Shown one piece after another: positions 1-10,293 of a DNA stretch of 64,000 nt. Each line of letters opens with the position of its first letter. Position 1 is the first letter of the stretch. A program made the position numbers and the translations under genes. Below the pieces are notes generated by a model. That model was not told where the DNA came from, did not search any database, and saw only the letters and a list, made by a program, of their open reading frames with translations. Source of the DNA: Negaprion brevirostris (Eukaryota); assembly GCA_030324005.1 (NCBI GenBank), contig JARDVH010000097.1:71934346-71998345 (forward strand), read 5' to 3'.

Positions 1-537
1 TAGTGGTGGAATTGGGTGCATTTCCTTTACTATTTTTCACGATCTACATCAAAAGATGCTTAAGGTTTCATGTGGAGTAACTGGGTTGGATGAGCACAGC
101 TGTCCAAATGTTTTTTGTCACGTCCTTCACAAAAAGTCCTGATTTTTCAGCACTGGTAATGTTTATTGTAGCATTGCAGTGTGCATGTTGGAAGCATACA
201 TAACCCAACAAGTCTCATTTACTTTTAGTGTATTTTAGTGTTCAGTATTTACAGAAACATTGGTACAACTGGCTTGCAACATTGTTTTTTGAATTAAAGG
301 CAAAAATGGCCTTCGTGTCTGTGGGTTTGTAATCTGGATAACTTATTTCTCAACACTGTTTCCCTTGCCTTGACCTAAGAAAAATTGCAGTGGTCCTCAG
401 TCAACAAATCAAGAGACCACCAAAAAATTATGTTAGCCATAAAAGGAGCGTATGGGCCACAGAAACAGTTTGTGGGAATTATTGAAGTCTGTCATAAACA
501 CCATCTTTTATTGTTCCTCTCTTTTCCCTCTTCAAAG

Positions 538-660
538 GGTCAATGAGACTACAGGATACTCAGTTAAATGGGGCGGAACTGTCATCCTTTGACAGGCAGA
601 TTAATCTGAGTCCACACAGGACCTGCGCACACTGTCAACAAGGTCCAGCACAGACTTGTG
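538..660 (+). CDS. TNFRSF19: TNFRSF19 (TROY) internal coding exon, start of cytoplasmic tail
   Basis: Polypyrimidine tract plus AG at 536-537 and GTAGGT donor at 661. The 123 nt translate as (W)SMRLQDTQLNGAELSSFDRQINLSPHRTCAHCQQGPAQTC(G), matching recalled human TROY WSLRSQDIQYNGSELSCFDRPQLHEYAHRACCQCRRDSVQTCG. Phase-compatible with the next exon. Confidence 0.93.
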
Positions 661-2339
661 GTAGGTGGAAAGAAAGAATCCTCAGAGGACTGCTTTATTA
701 GAAGAGACTTGTCGACACTCTCATTGTAGTTGGACGATGTGGTTTCTCCTAAGTACATCCCTTAAGTGTTTAGGACAGTCAACAATCACTTTTCATGTGC
801 AACATGAGATGAATGTGTCGATAGCGGCAGTGCAAAAATCACAATTTTCATTGTGTTTGTGTGCATTGTTAACAGGAGCGTAAAACATTTCCAGTCGATG
901 AAAGAAATACAGCAGTTGTTTATTTTTCCATGATACACAAAACCTAGAAAAATTGCACAGATTTGATGCCCCTGACAAGATCAATTAAATGCATGCCTTT
1001 TTTTAAAGCAGTAATTGGGTAAACAATTTATCTTATGTATCGCTTGAAGCAGGCTGGTTCAACTCTGTCTCCCTGTGCGTATGCTCAAGTCACTGCAAAG
1101 GCTCTGCCAATGTTTCATCTTGGAATTGGAGGTGCAACCCTCCCACCCCTGCCTTCACAATAGCTATTCACAGAATAGCATGTACTGCAGTTGTAATGAT
1201 TTCTCTGCAGCCTTCTCTTCACATTATATTGTCCTGCCTAGACAAGTATTGACAAGCAGTGAGTAATCTTTGGGAGAATGTGGGCATCTCTAGATAATTC
1301 CCCAGTAGGAAGTTCCTGACCTCAGCCGCGGTGTTGGGAAGATGCCAAGCAAGAGACTTGAAACCACTTTCTCAGGGCAGGAGGGAAAATTGGGAACTGA
1401 ATCATCCAGACAGGCTCTTGTGCCTCCAAGGAAATAATCACAAAGCGGCTTTCACAGGGTCCTGGGAGTAGGCCATCTGCCTGGCCCTTTTGATCATAGC
1501 ACAAAAGAACTGAAGGAGAGGGAGAAAACAACAAAGAGGGATTCAATAGGAACACAATGCTTGAATATCAATTCATCTGGATCAGTTGTTTAAAGATGAT
1601 CAGATCTTAATATGCTAGAGTTTATTAAATATTAATTAAATTAACAGGCTGATATTTTAACCGGGTATATATTTTTCTCCTGAGGCTGTCTTGGAACTTC
1701 CCACGCTGCCAAAAGAATTACTGGTCTCTCAGCATGGGCCCAACATTGTACTAATAACTGTCCTTAAAGCACCTCTGTGTTGTTGCTGAGATCAACCAAA
1801 GTTTTGTGTGNNNNNNNNNNNNNNNNNNNNNNNNNNNNNNNNNNNNNNNNNNNNNNNNNNNNNNNNNNNNNNNNNNNNNNNNNNNNNNNNNNNNNNNNNN
1901 NNNNNNNNNNTCAGAGAAACATTTTGGTCAAATTACGGAAGGAACTGTTGGAATATGAACCATCAGATTTTCCAAGAATATTTATTGACCTTATAAAAAT
2001 ACAGCTGACTACAGCATCGACCCACATGTGACAACCTAGCTTTAAGAGATCCCAGGGTCCGTATTTACAATCCCTAACAGGGACCAGCAGTGAAGACTAA
2101 ATGGACACAGAGGCACAGATTTCTTGTCTCCAGATTGTCAGAGAGCAGGCATACAAGCCAAGATGTCAGGACCCCCTTCCCCCACCCCCTGGAAGTAGTG
2201 ACACATTTACCTCCNNNNNNNNNNAACTACCTGGGGAAGTTGAACTCCAAATGTCTCTGACATTGAGTTAGAGTCGAGGACTTGGGAGTAATCCAATCTA
2301 TTTACCTGAATAATTAGACAGGAAATGTTAAACAGAAAA

Positions 2340-2940
2340 GGCTTCATCTATAGATACTGTCCCCTCCCCAAAAAAACTTCTCTCAAACCTCCGATGACTC
2401 CCCTGACTTCTGACTACTCCACCAATTGTTCCCTAGACAAACCCTCCTAATCATGTGACTACACCCTGACCCACCAATCATCCTGACCCCCCTGGTAACC
2501 ACACTAACTCAACCACCCAATTACACCCTACCCCCCTGACTACATCCCTGGCCCAATGACCCCTCCCATCCGGCTGCACTCCCGACTACCTGACCACCCA
2601 TCCCATCCAAGCCCAACTAGCANNNNNNNNNNNNNNNNNNNNNNNNNNNNNNNNNNNNNNNNNNNNNNNNNNNNNNNNNNNNNNNNNNNNNNNNNNNNNN
2701 NNNNNNNNNNNNNNNNNNNNNNNNNNNNNNNNNNNNNNNNNNNNNNNNNNNNNNNNNNNNNNNNNNNNNNNNNNNNNNNNNNNNACTTGCCATTTCACCA
2801 ACCCGCCACTCCATCCGCCTCCCACTCTATCCACTTGCTTCTCTACCCACCTGCCACCTCACCAACCTGCCACCCCAGCCACTTACCCACCTATCTCACC
2901 CATCCTCCCTACCTATGCATTGACTCATTCATTAACATTC
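2340..2940. repeat. C-rich low-complexity tract, probably the interior of a non-autonomous DNA transposon
   Basis: Degenerate (ccacc/ctgacc)n around a gap. A G-rich counterpart with loosely similar flanks lies at 53834-54350. Confidence 0.45.
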
Positions 2941-3044
2941 ACTCTGGGCCTACAAGCTTACCATATGATGGCCAGTGCCACACAGAGGGGCATATCCTGT
3001 CTACCCTGACTCTTCTGCCATCTGATGGAGCTCTCCAACACAGG

Positions 3045-3200
3045 CCCATGAGAACACCATCATCAGAAAATTTCACTTCAATCCACATATCATCCTGACC
3101 TGGAACTATGTCACCGTTTTTTTACTGTCGCTGCGTAAAAATCTGGAAATACCTTCCTAACAGCACAGTAGGTTTATCTACACTGGATGGACTGCAACAG
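3045..3200 (+). mobile_element. 3' fragment of LINE family B (ORF1-less CR1/L2-group LINE)
   Basis: catcctgacctggaactat...cttcctaacagcac, the same 3' region as copies at 25220-25447 and 48420-48670. Confidence 0.7.
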
Positions 3201-3298
3201 GTTGGCATGGTTACACAGTATTTCGCACTCCTACCTCACGGTGCCAGAGACCCGGGGTTCAGCTCCGGCCTCGGGTGACTATCTGTGTGGAGTTTGCA
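3200..3298 (+). mobile_element. HE1/V-SINE head fragment
   Basis: tRNA-like head followed by ...gggtgactatctgtgtggagtttgca. Confidence 0.7.
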
Positions 3299-3584
3299 AG
3301 CTCCAATGTTGAGCTAGCCAATAACCTTCAGTCATGGAGGGACAACCTGACACAGGTTTGTGGGGAGAGGGGCTGTTCAGAGCAAGCATTCTTGCTCCTC
3401 CTGGAACCCCTCCCACAATGGTTTTCAGTTGCTAAACATTTGCTTTCCAGAACATTGATAACTATCCCACAGCCTGTTTACAAGGCAAGAGTTAATTCAA
3501 ATGCACTTAAAATGCATTAATCCCTTGCAAAAAGGTGGGTGCTGTCAGAGAGTCAGGCAGCGACCGGCTTATTGCTGCTAAATC

Positions 3585-3908
3585 CGGTGCACAGTGGGCA
3601 GCACAGTGGTTAGCACTGCTACCACACAGTGCCAGTGACGTGGGTTCGATTCCTGGTTTGGGCGACTGTGCGGAGCATGCACATTCTCCCCGTGCCTGAG
3701 GGTTTCTTCTAGGTGCTCCGGTTTCCTGCCATGGTCTGAAAGACGTGCTGGTTAGACGCATTGGCCATGCTAAATTCTCCCTTAGGGTACCCAAACAGGT
3801 GCCGGAATGTGGCGACTGGAGATTTTCACAGTAACTTCATTGCGGTTTTAATGTAAGCCTACTTGTAGTAGTAAATAAACTAAACTAAATAGTAAATAAA
3901 CTAAACTA
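3585..3908 (+). mobile_element. V-SINE with alternative (L2-like) 3' tail
   Basis: A/B boxes (cagtggttagc, ggttcgattcc), V-core, tail ttttcacagtaacttcattgc...gtaagcctacttgt, then (aaact)n. Confidence 0.85.
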
Positions 3909-4132
3909 AGAGTAGAACTCAGTTCTGTGTATAAGGTGACAAGTGCAGCAATTGTAGTTCACTTTAGCTTACATTCTTTATACTCAAAACATTTAGTAAA
4001 GATTAGAGAGTAACATTGTAAAATATATATTCTAAGTTTCTCTAATTAACAATAAATGTTGTCTCCATCTAGCTAAAAGTGTCCATTCCCTCTGCATTAA
4101 TAACTGTAATGATGGTATTTTCTTTCCCTTAG

Positions 4133-4235
4133 GACCTGTTCACCTGGTTCCATCTTGTTGTTTCGATGATGCCTGCAGTCTGGAGTACAATAGTGAGAGC
4201 TCTTACCCTCCATCCAGATCCGTGAATATTAAAAG
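4133..4235 (+). CDS. TNFRSF19: TNFRSF19 internal coding exon
   Basis: tttctttcccttAG acceptor and GTAAAG donor. The 103 nt give (G)PVHLVPSCCFDDACSLEYNSESSYPPSRSVNIK(R), versus recalled human GPVRLLPSMCCEEACS. Phases fit both neighbouring exons. Confidence 0.93.
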
Positions 4236-4394
4236 GTAAAGGAACGGATGAAACACCTGCGGTTACTGAGGGAAGAGAAATCTCGGAGGCACCAGCTGTA
4301 ATTTTCCAATCTTTCTGAGCACCAGGAGTGGTGCCAGAGGAGTGGTGAATCACAAATGTTACATCTTTCTTCTTTAGTTAAGCCCAGCAACTGC

Positions 4395-4608
4395 AAGCCA
4401 GCTCATTTAGCATTGGTAATGGGGAAACTTCTGGGAACAATAATTCGGGATAAAATTGCTGGTAACTTGGACAAATGCAGGTGAAAGTCAGCATGGATTT
4501 GTTAAGGAGACGTTACATTTAATTAACTTGCAAGAGTTTTTTGAAGAGGTAGCAGAGAAGGTTGATGAGGGTAATGCTGTTGATGTGGTATACGTGCAGT
4601 TCCAAAAT
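4395..4608 (+). mobile_element. CR1 LINE RT fragment
   Basis: Decayed SQHGFVK...FFEEV..KVDEGNAVDVVY..F.K motif. Confidence 0.8.
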
Positions 4609-5368
4609 ACAGCACTCTCCGCAGCAAAGTGATGAAAGAGGTTATTAACTGTGGTACTAAGCAGCACTTACTCAGCAATAACTTGCTCACTGATGCTCAG
4701 TTTGGGTTCTGCCACACAGCTCCTGATCTTACCACAGCCTTTGTCCATGGACAAAAGAGCTGAATTCTAGAGGTGAGGTGAGAGTCACTGTACTTGACAT
4801 CAATTGTGTGTGGCATCAGGGAGATGTAACAACATTGAGTCAATGGGAATCAGGGGCACCCTCTCTAATGGCTGACATCATGCCTGGCACAAAGGAAGAT
4901 GGCTGTGCTGGCAAGAGACCAATCATCCCAGTCCCAGGGCATCACTGCAGGACTACTTCAGAGGAGTGTCATCGGCCCAACCATCTTCAGCTGTTCCATC
5001 ATAAGATCAAAAATGGAGATGTTTGCCAATGATTTCACAATGTTCAGCATCATTCACAACTCCTCTGATACTGAAGCTGTCCATGTTCATATGCAGCAAG
5101 ACTTGCACAACACTCAGCATTGGGCTGATAGGTGGCAAGAACATGGGTGCCACACTGGTGACAGGCAATTGCCATCTCCAACAAGAGAGAGTTTAATCAT
5201 CTCCCTTTGACATTCAATGGCATTACCATCACTGAGTCCCACACTATCATCAGGCTTACCATTGACCAATATAAATGCTATGGCTATAGGAGCAGGTCTG
5301 CAATTTCTTCAGAAAATTAACTCACCCCTGCTCCAAAGTCTGCCCACCACTTACAAGGCACAAATCAA

Positions 5369-5627
5369 ATCATAGAAAGAATCATAGAAACCCTACAGTG
5401 CAGAAGGAGGCCATTTGGCTCATCAAGTCTGCACCAACAACAATCCCACCCAGGCCCTATCCCCATAACCCCACATATTTATCTGTTACTCCCTCTAATC
5501 TTGGCATCCCCGAGACACTAAGGGGCAATTCAGCACGGCCAATCCACCTAACCTGTACTTCTTTGGACTATGGGAGGAAACTAGAGCACCTGGAGGAAAC
5601 TCACACAGACACGAGGAGAATGTGCAA
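5369..5627 (-). mobile_element. HE1 V-SINE (CR1-type tail), runs into a gap
   Basis: (catagaa)n tail, gtgcagaaggaggccatt, V-core. Confidence 0.85.
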
Positions 5628-5955
5628 NNNNNNNNNNNNNNNNNNNNNNNNNNNNNNNNNNNNNNNNNNNNNNNNNNNNNNNNNNNNNNNNNNNNNNNNN
5701 NNNNNNNNNNNNNNNNNNNNNNNNNNNTAAAAAAAACTATCACTAAAATGACTACAACTGCCTGTGAATCTAAATTGTTAATTTAAAATTCCCTTCCGCA
5801 TTTGCAATACTCAGGGTTTCTCAGAAGTCTAGGTCATTTCTCAGGATTGTCTATGAACTTTCCAGTGAAGCTACTGCTTATCTCTGGGGGGAAATCTCAC
5901 TAAAAAAGCAAACCCCCAGTTAGCAGGATAACTGGTGAGTATCAACCTCATGTAC

Positions 5956-6280
5956 CATAGAACCCTACAGTGCAGAAAGTGGCCCTTCGGCCCACTGAGT
6001 CTGCACCGACCACAATCCCACCCAGGCCCCTACCCCAATATCCCTACATATTTTATCCACTAATCCCTCTAACTTGCACATCTCAGGACACTAAGGGGCA
6101 ATTTTAGCATGGCCAATCAACCTAACCCGCACATCTTTGGACTGTGGGGGGAAACCGGAGCACCTGGAGGAAACTCACACAGACACGAGGAGAATGTGCA
6201 AACTCCACACAGGCAGTGACCCAAGCCAGTAATCGAATCCAGGTCTGTGGAGCTGTGAAGCAGCAGTGCTAACCACTGTG
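5956..6280 (-). mobile_element. HE1 V-SINE, near full length
   Basis: Tail, V-core and tRNA head (cagcagtgctaaccactgtg) all present. Confidence 0.9.
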
Positions 6281-6957
6281 AAATATGATGGAATACTCCC
6301 CACTTGCCTGGGTGGGTGCAGTTTCATAAACACACAAGAAACTTGACACCATTCAGGATAAAGCAGCCTACTTGATTGCTACCCCTTCTACAAACATTCA
6401 CTACCTCCACCACTGATGCACAGTGGCAGCAGTGTGCACTTCGACAAGATGTACTACAGGAACTTACCATGGCTCCTTTGACAGTACCTTCTAAACCTGT
6501 GGCCTTCACTGCCTAGAAGGACAAGGGTAGCAGTCGAAGGACAGGGGACAATACCATCAGCAAGTTCCCTCCAGGTTTCTCATCATCCTGACTCAAACTA
6601 AGGCCACATCCCATGAATGAATAAATGAACAAAAAGTAGCATTGTACCTGTCTCCAAACCCCCCGCTGCCTTGAGTTGGACATTCAAACTAATGTTACAC
6701 ATTTAACATTGAGAACACTTATCGAAGTGTCACTAAGTTCATACAGAGGTAGCAGGTACTTGTAATGAATGTTAATGAAACACTGATCCTCGTGAACTGA
6801 AGTTAATATTTGTAGATACTGTTGTCATCAAGGTTAGAATGTTAATGCTGCAGAACAGGGTATTCTATGAGTTGCTAAAAACAGCTTAATCCTATCTTTT
6901 GAAAAGCATGCCATGAAAGCCCCTTATGTGGTATTAACTAAGCACATCAGCCAGCTT

Positions 6958-7056
6958 AATAGAAAACGCTGGAAAGACTGAGTAGGTCCTGCAGTATCTA
7001 TGGAAGGAAAGTCAAGAGTTAATGTTTCAGGTCCCTGTGACTCTTCTTCGGAGCTT
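6958..7056. mobile_element. Penelope-like terminal fragment with decayed hammerhead motif
   Basis: Shared motif gctggaaa..ctcagcaggtctggcagcatct...gagttaa(c/t)gtttc; also at 12388, 21337, 25612, 34556, 37976, 38242 and 60188. Confidence 0.65.
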
Positions 7057-7249
7057 TCGAACCATCCAGCTTCATAGTCCCCGTCCTATCCTATTCTAAC
7101 TAATACTGGACTGAGGCTGGTAATCTGTTAATGTAGAAATCTGAGGAGATTAAATTAACCTTCATCACTTGTGCAGAATGGGAGATAATGAATCAGCAGC
7201 TCTTTCATAGTCTGTCCAACTTTCTGATTTGTTAATCTCAAAAATATCA

Positions 7250-7400
7250 GGTGGACTGTTTTGAGGGTTGCTGGATTCCTAGTTCTCATTTTGCACCACA
7301 TCTGGAGACCACCTTCACCCACTTACAATGTCAGCCATCAGACTGGGCTGGATTTGAACTCCTGTCCGACAGCTGAAGGGATAGTACACTGACCCACCCA
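7250..7400 (-). mobile_element. Ancient LF-SINE-like head
   Basis: Minus strand reads cccttcagctgtcggacaggagttcaaatccagcccag, resembling recalled LF-SINE GCCTTTCACCTCTAGGTCACTGGTTCGAATCCAGCCCAG. Confidence 0.45.
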
Positions 7401-7461
7401 TACTCCCTGATACTGCATTAACTAAACAGGTAGGGTGTGCATAAGAAGTGTTAGACACTGT

Positions 7462-7586
7462 CACTGGAATTCTACTGCCCCGCCCTCCGTGGAATCGGAG
7501 TGGGCGACAGGTGGACAACGGAAATGTCCGTTGACCTCGGGCGGGAATTTCTGGTCTCACTCGAACAAGGCCGTAAAATCCCACCC
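7462..7586 (+). mobile_element. ~125-bp MITE (PIF/Harbinger-like)
   Basis: Ends in aaaatcccaccc. Homologous copies at 17367-17489(-), 27737-27863 and 34985-35091. Confidence 0.75.
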
Positions 7587-7952
7587 TATGACTTTGATTC
7601 TGTAGCACCCCAGTGAGGAAACATCCTCCGACGAGATACTCTAAACTCAATATTAGTATCTCGTGACAATTGATGCAACTCTAAAATCATTGACAGCATG
7701 GCATTTTTATAAATGAGATGTGGTTCACATAATTGCGCATGTATAGTCAGTTACACAATAATGGAGGGAACCTACTGTGTAAATACCTTCTTCCTTTAGT
7801 TATTTGTGACATTATAGCATATATATTGGGGTACTTGTGTGGTACCACTGAGTTATTGATCACAACCACACTGTATACCACATGGTTAACAATGTTCCAT
7901 TAGCATTTATCATTCTGCGTGTTAACTCTAATGTGCTTTCTGTCACGCACAG

Positions 7953-8373
7953 GAACATGGAATGTGCTGGAGAAATCCTGCCTTCTCTCCTCGATGTGTT
8001 CACACCCTCTTTTAGTGGAGATGCCTCAGAAGCCTGGCCTCTAATGGGAGACTCTGCCTGCAGTGACACTGGCTCTTTTTGTGAATCGCTGAACCCATCA
8101 AACATTGAGGCTTCACCAGAGGACATCAGTGCCTTTAGCCCACAGTCGGAAACCCCAATAATCCCATCTGCAGATACACGTCCAAGGCAGGAGGATCAAC
8201 CTGAGTCTGTTTGTCTGCAGTCCCTTTCGGTGGAGGTTGTTGGAGCTGCAGCAGTGCTTGAAAAGCATGAGGATGCAGTAGACCTAGGAGATGTCCCATC
8301 ATTAACCAATGGAGATCAAGATCAATACCAAATGGAGAGCAATGCTGAGCAAGTTCCAGATGAAGAGGCTGGG
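7953..8373 (+). CDS. TNFRSF19: TNFRSF19 large cytoplasmic-tail exon
   Basis: ctttctgtcacgcacAG acceptor, 421 nt open frame, phase-0 GTAAGG donor at 8374. Translates RNMECAGEILPSLLDVFTPSFSGDASEAWPLM..., versus recalled human RNAGPAGEMVPTFFGSLTQSICGEFSDAWPLM. Confidence 0.93.
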
Positions 8374-8421
8374 GTAAGGCATAATACTCAAAACATTCCT
8401 TTATCGGTACTGGAATCTTAG
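8374..8421 (+). CDS. TNFRSF19: Possible TNFRSF19 intron read-through C-terminus (VRHNTQNIPLSVLES*)
   Basis: The frame stays open through the donor to TAG at 8419-8421, and ATTAAA follows at 8471. Analogous to the recalled human read-through isoform ending ...SLQVRQRLGSL. Confidence 0.45.
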   Translation, partial: VRHNTQNIPLSVLES

Positions 8422-8456
8422 ACCTCGTCCTGTTCACCTAATACTAATAGACATCA

Positions 8457-9420
8457 AGGACTTGATTTTCATTAAAGATTTGGGAAGGTTGAACCCAACT
8501 CAGTGGACACCTTTAAAAGCCCCCATCCACTCTCCATATTTTCATGTTAGGGAGGAGGAGACAGGATGAAGTTAGGTCCACCATCTTCGGAGGCAGCTCA
8601 GAGATGGTCATGGGGGCATGGGTTTGCCAGCAGGTCAGGTTTGCATCAGACCTCTGGGGCTTCAACCCAATTGTATTAAAGATTTTTACTCTAGGCCTCG
8701 CCCCTCACACCCCCTTACCCCTCCTTGCCCCTTCATAATCCTCCATTGCCCTTTACATACTCCATGCCTCTTCCATGCTCTCTTTTATTTCCCATGCCCA
8801 TCATGCCCTTTCCAAACACCTTCAATTACCCCCTACCCTCTACTTCCACATCCTCCATGCCCATTCACCCAGTATAAACCATATACAGGACTAATGATCT
8901 ACATAATGACCGTTGCAATTCCTTGAAATATTTATGAAAGAAGACAGTCATTCATAAATTCCCACTGGAAAAAGTTACTGCTCTTACAACCTTATAAAAT
9001 AGACAGGCACAGACATACATTATATCGATGACAGAAACTTTATCTCACTTTGCAATTCATAATCTTGTGCAAAAAGCACACAGACTTTGAAAAACCACAT
9101 CAAAGAAACGATAAATTATAACCTCATAAAGAAGTCAATCAATCAAAAGCTGTTTAAACAGACCCCAGATGAGCTGATTCCGTTAACGAGTCTTGGAATT
9201 CAGCCAGCCATTCAAAAATAGCCATCTGGGAACTATATCAATAGAAGCTGATGGCTAAACAGAGGAGTGATATAAAGAAGTAAATTCAACCAAGATTTCC
9301 CTTTCGTTGAATACTTTTGAGTATTAAGGTGAATGCACTTAAACAGAGAAAACACTGATGTTTGATGAGGCGTTTTTAATAGCTTGAACAGGTTTTTGCT
9401 GATATGAAATGGTCGTAATT
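8457..9420 (+). mobile_element. Non-autonomous DNA transposon-like element with C-rich (ccatgc)n interior
   Basis: TIR-like start ggacttgattttc. C-rich block followed by gtcattcataaattcccact, similar to 20160-20185. Confidence 0.5.
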
Positions 9421-9644
9421 GATACACATATTGACTAGTTCAAATCTGATAAAAGTATAGAATTTTGCAATGATTGTTTAATCCAAGAATTCATAAAATA
9501 TTTGAATCATGAAGAGAGAGGTTATTATATACGAATGAATAACAGGTCTGTCATCGTTGTTTATTTGCCATCATGTTATTAACCACGTGAGCAATTGTCT
9601 GATCTCATTCACCTGACAGCTCTGAGCTAGGTAGTGTTTTTGAC

Positions 9645-9845
9645 ATGGAGGATACCTACAGAGGAGATAGAGAGAAACTGTTCCTATCACATCAACTGAT
9701 TAGGATCTGGAATGCACTGCCTAAGAATGTGNNNNNNNNNNGTGCAGGGCCATGGGGAAAAGATTGGGGCGTGGCATTAAGTGAATTGCTCCTTCGGAGA
9801 ACCAGCACAGACACAACTTTTCGAGTAGCCTCCTCTGTGCTATTA
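9645..9845 (+). mobile_element. CR1 3' fragment
   Basis: DREKLF...RIWNALP motif plus CR1-type 3' UTR. Confidence 0.7.
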
Positions 9846-10281
9846 AATAAATTAGTTACTGCTTCACCAGTTACAAACTGTTCCTATTCAAAACAACTAA
9901 TTAGTTATATTCAAATTTTACCAAAGTTCATTCACAATCCTGAAGTTAGACCACCACACCCTATCAAGAAGGTTGAAGTTTGTAACCACAGAAGTGTCAA
10001 AGACACTTAGGGTGGCTTACCAATATGAATCATCATTACAGGTAAAATTATATTGTGGGTGCATTAACAATGATAAATGTGTTCCTTTTTAATTGCTGGC
10101 ATATAAAGATATTTCGGTCCAATAGTGTCAGACTAAACATGCTGGTACTGGTGTTGGAATAAATAAGGATTTTTTTTATTAGTTTGGTTTGTTGCGATAA
10201 AGGCATTGGTTATTCATTTTCTCCAGTGAAGTCCTATTTTTGGTTTGAGCCTTACTATTGACTGTAATTTTCTGTTTCCAG

Positions 10282-10293
10282 AATTTTGTCTAG
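10282..10293 (+). CDS. TNFRSF19: Probable TNFRSF19 terminal exon, coding part NFV*
   Basis: Branch-like ctattgac, then ttttctgtttccAG at 10280-10281, then phase-0 AAT TTT GTC TAG. Followed by about 1.3 kb of TE-free AU-rich sequence with AATAAA signals. Parallels the recalled human micro terminal exon coding EA*. Confidence 0.65.
   Translation, partial: NFV

Larger units (their letters stand above)
4610..6635 (+). mobile_element. LINE family B, RT to 3' tail, interrupted at 5369-6280
   Basis: IGPTIFSC and MFANDFTMF (FADD) motifs. YKAQ(5360) resumes as MMEYSPLAW(6285) after the insertions. Ends cccatgaatgaataaa. Confidence 0.85.

Noticed and set aside
190-230. Minus-strand NETCWV resembling a retroviral env CWVC motif
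   Set aside because: No continuous frame or other env features. It lies in the intron just upstream of a clear TNFRSF19 exon.
1053-1258. AG...GTGAGT-bounded open frame as a TNFRSF19 exon
   Set aside because: No similarity to TROY. Exon 538-660 already joins 4133 in frame and colinearly with human, and the entry phase does not fit.
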